A stretch of 64,000 nucleotides of DNA from Ministeria vibrans ATCC 50519 (Eukaryota; Protista; Filasterea): positions 18,766-82,765 of the forward strand of contig CALSCP010001275.1 of assembly GCA_943704425.1 (NCBI GenBank), read 5' to 3'. The notes beneath the pieces were generated by a model. The model ran no database searches. It saw only the letters and a program-made list of their open reading frames with translations, and had not been told where the DNA came from. Position 1 is the stretch's first letter. The number at the start of each line of letters is the position of its first letter. Of this stretch, positions 1-12,000 are shown one piece after another. The translations under genes were made by a program, and so were the position numbers.

Positions 1-3000
1 CACAGCGACAACAGCACGGTCTGCCATGGCGAGTGTGGCCTCTGACGAAGAGTGCGGTAAAATCTCTGCCTGGAAACGCACCTGGACCTTGCCAATGTTC
101 TCAAGTGCAAAGTGCACAACCCTATGTTCTCCCGACCGCATCACCACCTGTGGTAACGAGTCAAAGCCCGTCAATCGGCCAGTCTCGGCCACGACTTTCT
201 CACTCACAGAGCCTTCAAAAAGCGCATGAAGACGAATTCGAGGCATAATAAACGTGCCGCTGATTGAAAACTCACGCACATGGTCTGCACTGTGAACACC
301 AACCACCAGTGTGCTATTCTTGATGTCCCACGCCCGCTCTTGCAACGCACTCGCGGAAAATTTCGACAGGCTGCCAGAGGGTATCTTTGATGGCGGTGCT
401 ACCGTCACCGCCAGAGTGCGAGTCGCGTGAGCGCGCAGAAGCAAGTCTTCGGAGCTCAGCTCAATCGGCCCAAGCGTGCTCTCAGACACAGTCAACTTGG
501 CACACACACGCACTGGGAAACTCATTCGTGAGCGCACTCGCAGCGGTTGAGTAACGCGCGATGCACCCACTCCGATGAGTCCAAAGTCAATCGACTCCTG
601 ATCAAACTCCACAAGCAATGGCTCCACGCGACCATGCAGAGACAGACTCAGCATAGACGACACTTTCATGTCACCATCTGCGCTTCCATCTCCACCCAGC
701 AGCTCCAATTGCAGTGAGCAAGCGCGATCGCCACACTCGCCCCGCGGTTTCATCACCAACTTGACCTCGAGTCGACGCTGCGGTGCCAAGGACACCGCGT
801 TCGGTGCGTGACAAACAAAGCTAGTCGTGTTGCCTTCGAGAGCGACACGCATGTGAATGAGCGTACCAGTGTCATTGTCGACGTACAGCACGCGTGTGAC
901 ATTGTCCGTGTCGAACAGCACCGTGCCAAAGTCCACATCGGCTTCCGACTGCGAGAACCCCAGGTTGTCTCCACCACACACTGAAATGGTCAGTTCGGTC
1001 GATTTTACGGCAGCAAGAGGATCATTGCTGGAATCTCCAGTGACGTTTGCAGCGCTGCCCCCACGCTCAAACTCTGTTGCATCAGCGGGACTCGTACTCG
1101 AGAGAAGATTGTGCATGCGGCGCAGGAGATTCCCTCGTGCTCGCTGGCGCGCCATGCTGCTGTCAATGGCCCGCTGAAGTGGCTTAATTCGAGACGTGAG
1201 TTCGCGCTTTCGTACGTCGGCAAGCCATCGGCCTTCCAACATGCCTTCAAGTGTCTTCTCCCAGTCCCGAGGCACGGCTGCCAACACGTCCACCTCTGCT
1301 TGATGCATCAATCCACTGACACCAATCGCCTGTGACAGAAGACACAGCATCAAAGAATGTACTACCTCCGATCCAACGGTGCTCAGCAACTCGATTGCGC
1401 TGGTAGGTACTTTTTCTCGCAGAAAATTGCGCACAAACCGCATGCCTGCACTGCCTGCTAGAAGCAAATTTTTCATCGCGTCTTCCTTCACCAAGGAGAC
1501 CACATCTGATGCTGTTTGATGGTTGGTAGGTGCCTCCTCCAGTCGACGCAACGCTGCAAGGATGTCGTCACGCAGACTCTCCATGGCCACTCGTTGCTCC
1601 TTGAATTTCGTTCCTTCTTTCCACCCTCGCCCAAAGTGCACCACCTCACTTGTTGGGTTCTGCAACCATCCGTTCACATCGCTCTCAGGCAATAGAGCAC
1701 GCTCCAGGGCAAAAACCAGCTGAGTGATGTGCTGCTCAAGCGACTCTGAAGCCTTCGAACATGCTTCAAGTGCCGTGACCAGCGGATTCTGGTTGATGTA
1801 GAGGCTGTCCAAGCTGCGCTGCTTGTGCCAGTCACGCTCAAGCTGCGCCTTCACTTCTTCCGGCCGCTTTGGTGTCGGCTGTTTGCCTTTACCTTTACCT
1901 GGTGCATACACAGGGTGAGATTTGGCATAGGCCGCCTGTTGATACGCGTCAATAACCATATCTCGTGTCACTTCGTCGACGAGAGGCACGTCGTCGCGCA
2001 ATCGCGTGCCCCATTTCTCGTCACCAAACGTGACACCATAAAGCAAGACTCGATATCCAACGGAGAAAAGCGACTCGGAATTGTGGCAGTGACACTCAAT
2101 CGCTTTCAGATCTTCAAAGCTATAAGTTCGCGACATGAACTCGCCATCGTCCTTGGTGACTTTTACCACAAAATTCAGTGTGTCGGGGTCGGTGAAGCGG
2201 AAAGACAGAGACTTGGTGTCGAAAAAATAGTGCCTAACCTTGTCAAGCACACTGAGGCCCACTTTCGTTGAGGGCGGTACAACTCCCTGTGACGCGGTCA
2301 CCTCAACCGCAGACAAATGCTTCGAGCTAAGGCCAGAAAACTTGAGCAGCACGGAGTGAGGTCGTTTCACAAAGAAGTCTCCAAAGCGGGGAATCCTTGA
2401 CAAATCGATAGTCCCCGGTTGTAGGAGTCGTTCGGCCTTGCCAACAAGATCTTGCTGACTGGCATAGTCACTGCACTGTACCAGTTTGTACAAGAGGTGT
2501 GTGTACTCCCAGAGATTGTCCGCGTAAAGGTTAATCCAATCGTGGTGCCTCTGCAGCTCCTGTGCGTACTTGAGTTCTTTCGCCCGGCAATCCGCCTCAA
2601 ATTCGTTCCACTTGGTCGATGCATAGCGCACCTTTTCGTCAACAAGGTCCCTCTGTCTCGTTGCACGGAGCCTTGCAACATCGTCTAGGCGGGCGCGGAC
2701 ATCGCTCAAGTAGCCCTTCAATACAGCACTCAGCGTCAGCTTTTGAGGCATGTCATGTAGCTTCCCCAGTGCCGAGCGCAGTTGATCCGTGGCCGACTGG
2801 CGAATAACGTTGTAGATACGCTTCTCAATCGACGATAGGACGCCTGACACTGAGCCAACCGTTTTGTCCAGGGCTTCGACTGGCGCCAACAATAAATCCT
2901 TGGAGGCTGCGCACTGGTTCTGAAACATCTCGACAAGCGTGCCGACGTCCACTGTGTCCGGTGACAGGGCTTGAAGCCCACAAAGTAAGTCACCAACATC

Positions 3001-6000
3001 TGGCACACCGCGTGTCACCAGCTCGGAAGTCGCCCACGCACGTCCAAACCAGTCGAGCAGCACGGACTCGGGCAGTTGCTTGCCAAACGTGTTTTGTTCG
3101 TCGTCCATCACAGCGTTGCACAGGTGGTCACGCAAGCGAGGCAAGTTCAACGCATCAACAACACGAATGAGAGTAAAGTCCAACCAATAGGCGCCGCTGT
3201 CGGGAACTGCATCGCCATCGTCACCGTCCTCTCGTCGCGTGCGCCAGTACGGCTCTGAGACAGTTCCTCCAGCAGTCGTCACAACCACTCCTTCCATAGG
3301 AGGTTCCGTCTTGAGCTTCCAAACACTGCCAAGCTTGTGTTGCTCAAGTGGAGGGATCGTATCTGTCCATTCTTTGAACCAACGTGTCCACAGAGCCATA
3401 AGAGTCTGAACAAGCACAGCCGACACACGCTGCATGTGTTTGCGTACTTCATGCGCCACCGGAGCAAAGCGATTGCGTCGTCGAAGCAGCGTCTGGCCCC
3501 ACGCCTCGGTCGCGCTCAGCAGCTCTCGCACTGCACCGGCGCGTACCGCCTTCACAAGAGCACACTCGGCATGCAAAGGAGTCTCCACATGTGTCGTAGC
3601 AAGCTGCCTGATGGCGCGCAGCCACTGAATGCAATACTGCGCCTCGTCATGACTCGCACCGCTCACTAGTGCCTTGCGCACCAACTCGTTGGCACCCTTG
3701 TCAACAAGCGAGTCCACTCCCAAAAAAGTAGCACAGCAGCGCACAGCTTGCTCGCACACTTGGTCCATGACAAAAGACGGCTGAAGAAGAAAGTCAGTGA
3801 TGTCTTGCAAGACAATTTCCGCGTCCTGCACCACCGCAAAGGGCGACGGCAAGTAGTCGTGCGCCAGCATAAGAAAGATGCGTGACAGCGACTGCATCGT
3901 CGATGGAAGCTGTCGCACATGCTCGTAGAAGGCGCGTTCCACCTCTTCGTCGCCACTGGGCAGGCGCCCGCCATAGGCCAGATCCGCACTGCGCTGCCCC
4001 TGCCATCGCTTCAAGGCTTCGTCCACAGAGTCGTAAATGCTACCAACGGCACTACGAGAACGCAGAAAGCGCACACACAACTGCAATCCGCGCGCCACAT
4101 AGATTTCCACAGTTGCCACGCACGTCTCCATAGCCTGGGTCGGTCGAGTAAAGCGAGTCTCTTTGATAGCCACAGAGGTTCTCAAACACTCGTGACAGAG
4201 CCAAGCAATGTCTTTGTGTGCCATTTGGCTGCGTTGGAGCACAGCGTCATACAACTGACCAAGACGACGATGCAGTTGCACGCGCTTCTGACCAAGCTCA
4301 GTCACAGAATCGTGCCATGCGGGAGACTTTAACAGAGTTACGGCCTTCACTCTAGCGGGCCAGCTCGTAAGCAGGCTGAGAAGCGAGCGAGACGCCGTTT
4401 TGCACACCGTCACGAGCTGTTCCGTGGCTCGACGCACCGCATCCGAAGGATCCAACATCTCACATACCTTTTGCATGGAACTTTGGAGGCTCATCATGGC
4501 ACGCTCAAGCTCGTATACGTCCTCGTCGCGTCTCGTCACGCACGGCCAGTGCACAAGATGATCTCGTACCAGCGAGCCAATGTCCAGCAATCGTCGCTCA
4601 AAATCGCTACGCATTGTTGAAACGGACTCATTCTCATCCTCGCCACTCCGACTGCGTTCTCGGTCAAGACGTCGTGCCTCCTCTTCCGTCATGGTATACG
4701 ACGCATGCGTGAGGTTGCCAATAGAGCGCCGCACAGCACGATCGCTGAGGGACCAAATGCGCTCAATCTCCTTGAGAAGCTCAAAAAGATCGTGTGACAC
4801 GGCCTGACGCTTCCGGCGTCGTTCCTCTTCAATACGACGTTCGTATGACTGAACCAAGGCCAGCTGACGAGCTTTGGCTGCCTCAGCGGTGTTCAAGCTG
4901 TCCTTTGCATCCTTCAGATCCAATTCCATTTTTCTCAAACTCTCCTGCAATTGATAAGTCTGATCATGGCACTGCCATTGACGCTGCATGTCGGTCAGAG
5001 TACGTCGAGTGTCACTCAAGCTGTTCCACTCGGCACGCTCTTCTTTCATCTTCTTTTGCAATCCGTCCACGTTATCATGGAAGGAGAGTACGCGCTGGTT
5101 CAAGCTAGACACACTTGTATTAGCACGGTTCAGGTTGCTGAGCAAAGTGGTATCAATCTCGACATTCAGCTGGAGTTGTCCACTCGACGACGTGCCGTCC
5201 GACGACGCAAGACACGTATGTAGGTGGCGCTTTACGCGCTGTGCAAGCTCGTCGGCAGTCGCCACCATTGTCAGCACCAAGCCGGCACTTGCTGGCAGCA
5301 TGTCACCGACTGAGCTGCACATGTGGCGCACACTGTCCATCGTGACACACGCCTCCAAAAGACTACATAGCGTCGTGGGCAATGTCCGACGCAAAACCTC
5401 GGCACAGTCACTGCCAAAGATCTGGTGACCATTGTGAGCGTAGGAGGAGAAACTCGTCCGTAGAAGATCGTCTGACATGACATCGGTGAGATTGGGCACC
5501 TGCACGGCGAACAAGCGCGGGTCCACCACTTCGCCATCCATCAGTGACTGATCGATTGTACGCGATACGTGCCACAGTCGCTTCACCGCAGCAACATCTT
5601 CCGGGACAAAGAGCGCCAGTACATCACCAATATTGAGCGAGGGCGGCTCGAGTGTGCTCTGCAGCGTTGACCCGGCCAGTGCCAGAGATGAACGAATTTG
5701 AGTGACGCGCGCTGTGAGCTCACAGCCATACTCGTAAATGTTTGTCAGCATTGGCTTCTTGTCGGCAAGCCATTGACGTGCAGGGCGACACATCTGCTCC
5801 AATCTGGTGTGGTTTTCGTACAGTTCCAGAAGATTCGCGTCCGTGCAATTGGCAACAACAGCCCGCACTTGCTCTTCGTGGCACACCTTCTCCAGTTCCA
5901 CCGCATCCTTGTTGCCCTTACGAAACTGCTCGACGGTCAGCGCGGCCCGGTCCGACAGCTGTGCTGCCAAACGGTACATGAGCTCGGCCAATCGCGCAGT

Positions 6001-9000
6001 TTCCTCCTGGCTTGGTGCCTCCGCCAGCGAGGCACAGAGTCCCTGCAAATGCTGCCACTGCTCACGCTGCACGCGCACGCGCATCAACAGGCCCAGTGGG
6101 TGCATGTCATTGTCCGTCCCTCGCATGTCAATCGAGCGAACCGAATCACTTCCGAGGCGAACGCACCGACTGACAGGTGAGAGAGATGCAACGGTGCCCA
6201 CCAGCTCTTTGAATTGCTCGTCGCTTGCCATACGACCGGTCTCGTTGACCTCGCTGTTTGCTTGTACACCAAAGTTCGCCGCCTTGAGGGCCTCCACATC
6301 GACTAGTAGACGCACTTCGTTCAGACGCATCAGCAGCGGCACCTTCTGCGCCTGATCTCGCTCAAACGCATCGAGTAACAAATTCAAGCGACGCGGTGAG
6401 GAAGCCAGCCGACGCACTTCATCATCCAACATGGTCCCGAGGCGTTCTTTGTCATCAAGCAGCATGGATACTTCGGCCAGATCTCGACGAATCCTTGAAA
6501 TAATGTTGAACGGAATCAAAACCTTGCGCGATGCACGTGCACTCAGTTGGCGTAGTTCGTCGCGCGCCTCCTCCAGAGCGCGCACGCGCTCACGGTGCTT
6601 CGATTCTAGTCGGTTCATAGCGGTGTTTCCGTGCGGTGCGTCACGCCCGTCATCACTCGACTCAGACGACACACCCTTTTTTAATGACGCCCTTGACACG
6701 CCAAGTTTGGTGACGGTACACCTCTCAAACTTGTCCGAGAGACCAACAATGGCACTCACAAAATCGTGGCGATCCATATCAAGGCCAAGCAAATCCTGTG
6801 CAACCAAACGCACACGTTCCGCCCAGGCAGCAAGCCAGTCGCGAGAGCGCAGCTGTAAGAGCACAAGGGGACTCTCTTTGGTGCCTTCACCCTCAAAGGT
6901 TTCGGTGAGCAGCTCGTGATGAAACCGACGCAGCACCGACGTCGCCTTGAATGCAATGCGAAAGGTGTCACTGCCGGGCAGGATGGTCGGGAGAATGCAC
7001 TTGAAATACTTGAGCAGAGTCACGTTGATGCGCTGCAGCTCATCACGTGCAGCGGTGTGCAAACGCAGCCAGTGCAACATCTGCTGGGCTTCGGTTTTGC
7101 CCTCAAGGTATTGCTCCAACTCAACGAGCACCGGCATTCCAACGGCGCCATAGACTGCGCGGATTTCGTCAATGGACTGTTGAAGCTGAGCGAGTCCCAT
7201 GCCATGCTCGGACGTTGGTTTGACGTTACGAACGCCATTGCTGCGCTCTGTCCGCAGCTCATTCACCATTCTCATGGGTACAAGAGCGCGAAGCTCCTGC
7301 AACTTGGTTGCCATACTTGCGCACAGCTGATCACTACCAGGTGTCTCGGCCAAGAGATGGTTCACGTCCACGCTTGCCTTGAGCAACTTGGAAAGGGACA
7401 ATGAGAGGTCAAACCGCTGGTGGATGTCCTGTTGCACGTCAAGTGCGTCCGTGACACCTCGCTGGACAACCTTCTCAATAGCCTCCGTGTCAACGCTATC
7501 ACCAGACTCCCCCGCAAGAAGTTGGAGCACTACTAGCGCATCCTCAGGGCACTTATCGTTGACCCCATGCTCACTCGGCTGTGGCACAAGCGTTGTTTGG
7601 TGGTACTCACACTTGAGTTCGTCACACATCTTTTGACTCCATTCCTCACATTCCGCACTTGCACTCGGTGTGACAAAATGTGTCACATGAGGGATATCAG
7701 TGTCGTTTGAGCTGCCTTGCACAAGCAACAGTGACAGCTGTGCGCCCTCTGCGGCTGCATAATCAAACAGCAGGACAGCATGCTGAGTTACATCTCCAGA
7801 ATTGTGTGTGCTGCCGAGACGTTTGATAAATTTGGCCGGTCGATGAACCAGTGCATCGCACATGGCGATGTGAAGGCGTTGAGCACGTGGAATGCCCTGT
7901 GGTCGTCCAAAGAAAAAACCAACTGCCACCCACAGCAGTGCTGAACGGAAGGCATACTCGCGGTCCATCAGCAGAGAGGCCAGACGCACGCCTTGATCAC
8001 CGACAAAGAGATCAAGGTTGCCCGTATCACCATTGGCTGCGGCAAGTCGTTCCAGGAGCACATCAAACAGCTCCACTTGAATTACACCACATTGGTGGCG
8101 CGCCCGCTTTGCCGCAGAGTCTTGCGTGACGTTCCGGAACTTGCTACGAAGAGCCTGCCACTGTTTGAGGAGCGCGTCGTGCTGCTCCTCCTTTTGTCTC
8201 TTTTCTGCTTGATGGCGCTCCTCTGCTTCAAGTGCCTCGTTCACGCTGCGCTGACAGTAGACTTCAAAGGCAGCATGCAGTTGGCGAACTTGATCAAGTT
8301 GTTCGGGTACACTGTCGTAGAGTGTAGTGTAGTCTTGCGAGCTGAGGTTGTCACTTTCAAGTCGGGAAATAACTTGCAACACCTTAGCCAGTCCCACATC
8401 AAAGGCTTTTGACTCATCGAGCGAACGCGACCGCGCGCTGACAAAAGCGTGTTGCCGTGCAATACTGGTAAGAGGAAGTCGAGCTCGAGCCTCATTGTGC
8501 TGTAGCACATCCACCTCGATTTCTCCAGAGACGACCTCCTCGCCAGTGCCACTCGGTTTCGACAGTGGAAGACAACCAAACTGGTTGACGGCTTCTCCCA
8601 AGCGTTCCTTTTGCTGCTCGCACTCGGCTAAAAGCTCATCGTTGCGGTGCTTATCAACGCTGTCGTGGTACGAGCGACTAGGCACGCTATTCTCTAAGAG
8701 ATCCTTCAGAATCGCCTCCATAGTGCCCAGTACACCGTGGGTGGCCGAAGCAAACTCCTCAGCGGCAGCGACCGCACAAAGATGCTGCAAATTGTCGACA
8801 GTGGGCGCCATTCGTGCAGCGCCCTCATCCTCGAGGTATGCTGGGAAAGTGAGTTGTCGAGGCAGGGCCCAAAGCGTGTCCCACAGCAGTTGGCGCCACT
8901 CGAGATGGGCCGCGTACACGGAGAGTGCCTCAGTGACGGCAGGCGCTGTTGACTGAGCCATGAGACTGCGCACAATCGAAGTGCGAGCATCCGCGCTGTC

Positions 9001-12000
9001 GAGCACGGGACTGCAGAGTCCACGAGAGAGAATGAAGATAAAGTAGCGTTGGTGGGCGGCCGACAGGGTGTTTTTCAGGAAGGCATGCGAGTCAAGCACG
9101 GACGGGTGGGCAAGCGAGTCTAGGTTTTCGCGCACACTACACGCAACGAGAACACAAGAGAGGGCATTGGAGATGCGTTGTACGGCGCCGTTCACCGCCT
9201 CACCGGCCGACGCGTCTCGCAGAGGTGCGTAGTCAAGGGCGGCCCGAAGTGCCTCACAAGACGCTTGCACCATGCTGACGTGAGCACGACGCTCAGCAGC
9301 GTCCATGAAGGAGGCATCACGTGCAAAGTTAAGAAGTGCTTTGTGTAGTACAGTGGTGGCATTGCAGGCATTCTTCACTCGGTCGTTCAGCTTCACCAAA
9401 GTGCGCAGTTCGGCTGGTGTACAACTGGGTTTGAGGTTGCCAAACACGCGCGACTCGTGTGCCAGATGGCGGAGAATGTCATCGGGATTGCCATTGGACG
9501 GCAGTGCATCGGCGGGCATCAGACCATGTAGGTTGAGCGAGAGCGTGTGAGCAAATGCGCAAGTGTGCTCCGGTGGCGATTTCACAAGCAGCGTGTACGC
9601 CAGTTCCAGACACATTTGCTCGACGGCAGTGGTCGCGGGACGCACGCTGTCCATCCAGGCTTTGTGCCACTCGGGTTCGCTGGCCTCGACCGGAGGCGGG
9701 TACACTCGCGCACTGCCACCTTCTTCAAGCCACGCCGCTCCATTGTCAAGAAACTTGGCAATGCTGGTGTACACAAGCCGTCGCTCCTCCGGCACTGAAA
9801 GAGCAGCAGTGTAGCTGTGAATGAGGGCAAGCACAGCAGCAGCTTCGGGACGTGCCGACTCCGAATGGATGAGGATCTTGGCTGTTTTGGCGGCACGCAG
9901 CAGAGCACGACCGGTCACAGTGAAGTTCTCCATGAGTGTGAGCTTGCGCTCGCTGATCAAAAACTTCACTGTGGCGTGCGTGCGCAACATGAGCGTCCCC
10001 AACGCCTCGCCACCGTAGAGCCCACCAAAGGCGGGACGGAGAAGCTGCTGAAGATCGTGATTCTTCGCGGTGTTTGCGTCAGTAAGACCTGCATCAATGG
10101 GAAGCAAAGTGCAGCGAATCACACGATTAAGTAGGGCACCCGAGAGCTTTTGAGCGTTGAGTCGCTGCGAGTCGGACGTGCAGAACAGGCGAAAGTCGGG
10201 GTGGATGCCCTTGTTAGCGTGCGTGAGAACCTGGCCATCGGATTTCTCGTACAGGTTCAGAACAGGATTCGCCTCAAATAGTGAGTTGAGACGCTCGAGT
10301 ACATCGGGGGGCGCCGCGGAGACGCCGTCAAGCAGTACCCATGACCCCTCGCGCACAGCACGCACAAACTCCGCTTCAACAAACTCAAAGACAATCTGCG
10401 CTTTTGTGTCGTCGTCGACGACGCCCTCGGCAAGGTTTGTTTCGACGCGCTGCTGCAGCTCACACAGGCGCCTGTGTCGGTGGCGAATGCGAGCAAGATG
10501 CGTCGCGGAAACGGTCAGCAAAACATTGTGTAAGCACTTCAGCTCTGCTACTTGCCCCAGAGCATCCATGGCAGCCCCGAGGACCTCGATGGAGCGTTGT
10601 AGGACGGCAATCTCGTACTTGGTGCGATCGAGGGGCGAGCTGTCCTCGACGTCGCACTTGGTGCAAAGACTTTCGCGACAGTCTTGCAGCTCTTTCACCG
10701 CATCAAAAATGCGAGCGGCAGCGTCAAGAATGGCCATACGAGGTCCTGCTTCAAGCGACGACGCAATGGAACAGACAAGAAACTCAAGGACCTCGTTGCC
10801 CAGCGAGTCCGCGTCGGACATTGAGTTTGCTGTCGAGAGGCGTGTATATGTCGGCAGCCACTGGCCAATAAGACCGCTTACATCACTCTCATTATTCAGT
10901 GGCAACACAATGACCTGGCGTGCAGCGAGACGCGCCAACTCGAGCACAAGAGCTGTCTTGGCCGAGGCGGTGGGTCCTTCCAGGAGCACGGGTCGGCGCG
11001 ACTCGGAAGCGGCAGCGAGCAGCGCAAGAGATTCGACTGTGTTGGGAGTCATCTCGAGGGGTTTAAGAAGCGCATTGGCAAACGTGTGTACACCACGACG
11101 GACAAAAATCGAGCCAATTTGCACAATGTCGTCGCTGAGGAGGACCTTGGCGCCGCTAGAGGGCATCAGCTTACGAAGCGAGTCGGCCATCGGGAGACGC
11201 TTGTTGACAATGGCCGTTGCCTTGCGCTGGTCATCTTCGCTCAGGAAGCCGCGCACGTAAATGAGCTCGGCAGCCGCATGAAGCGCAATACGGCGAACGT
11301 CGGCACTACCATTGCGCGAGGCGGCCCCCGATACACCCGAAGACTCGGCAAAATGCTGGTAGTGCGACATTTGGTCGCGCGCGGTGTGTCTCATCAGGTC
11401 CTTGATTTTGCTAAGGTCGCGCAAATTGAACTCGTAGGGACCACCAACGCGCCCAATTTCTCGTTTTTCGACGGCCGCAACAATGTCCTTATGAAGCTCA
11501 AAGAGTGCGTCCAGGTCCTCGTCGTCAATGACGGGACGCTGAGCACTCTCGTTGATGAATGCTCCAAACAGTTGCTTGACAATCAGCTTCATCTCCTCTT
11601 CGTTGTAGGCGCCCAATTGAATGCGAGCAAAAAGTGAGCGGATGGAGCGGGGCAGCTGGCCACGGCCGCCACCGGTCGATGATGGATTCATGGTGGCAAA
11701 GAGAGTAACACCCGTCGGAAGCTCAAGAGCACCATAGCCCGGCAGCACGACGGTGCGCGAGGCACGCGCGCCACGGTCCAGAAGAGGTAGGATGCCATCC
11801 AGAACGTCGGGAGGCGCAAGATTGAGCTCGTCAAAGAGAACCCAGTGCCCTTGCTTCAGTGCCTTGACGAGCTTGCCGTCGCGCCAGCGGAACACACGAG
11901 AACCATCACTTGCGGTGACTGGCATGATACTGCCAACGAGTTGGGACAAGGTGGTGCTGCCGCTAAAGTTGATACGCTCACAAGTGGCTCCAAAGAGTTT

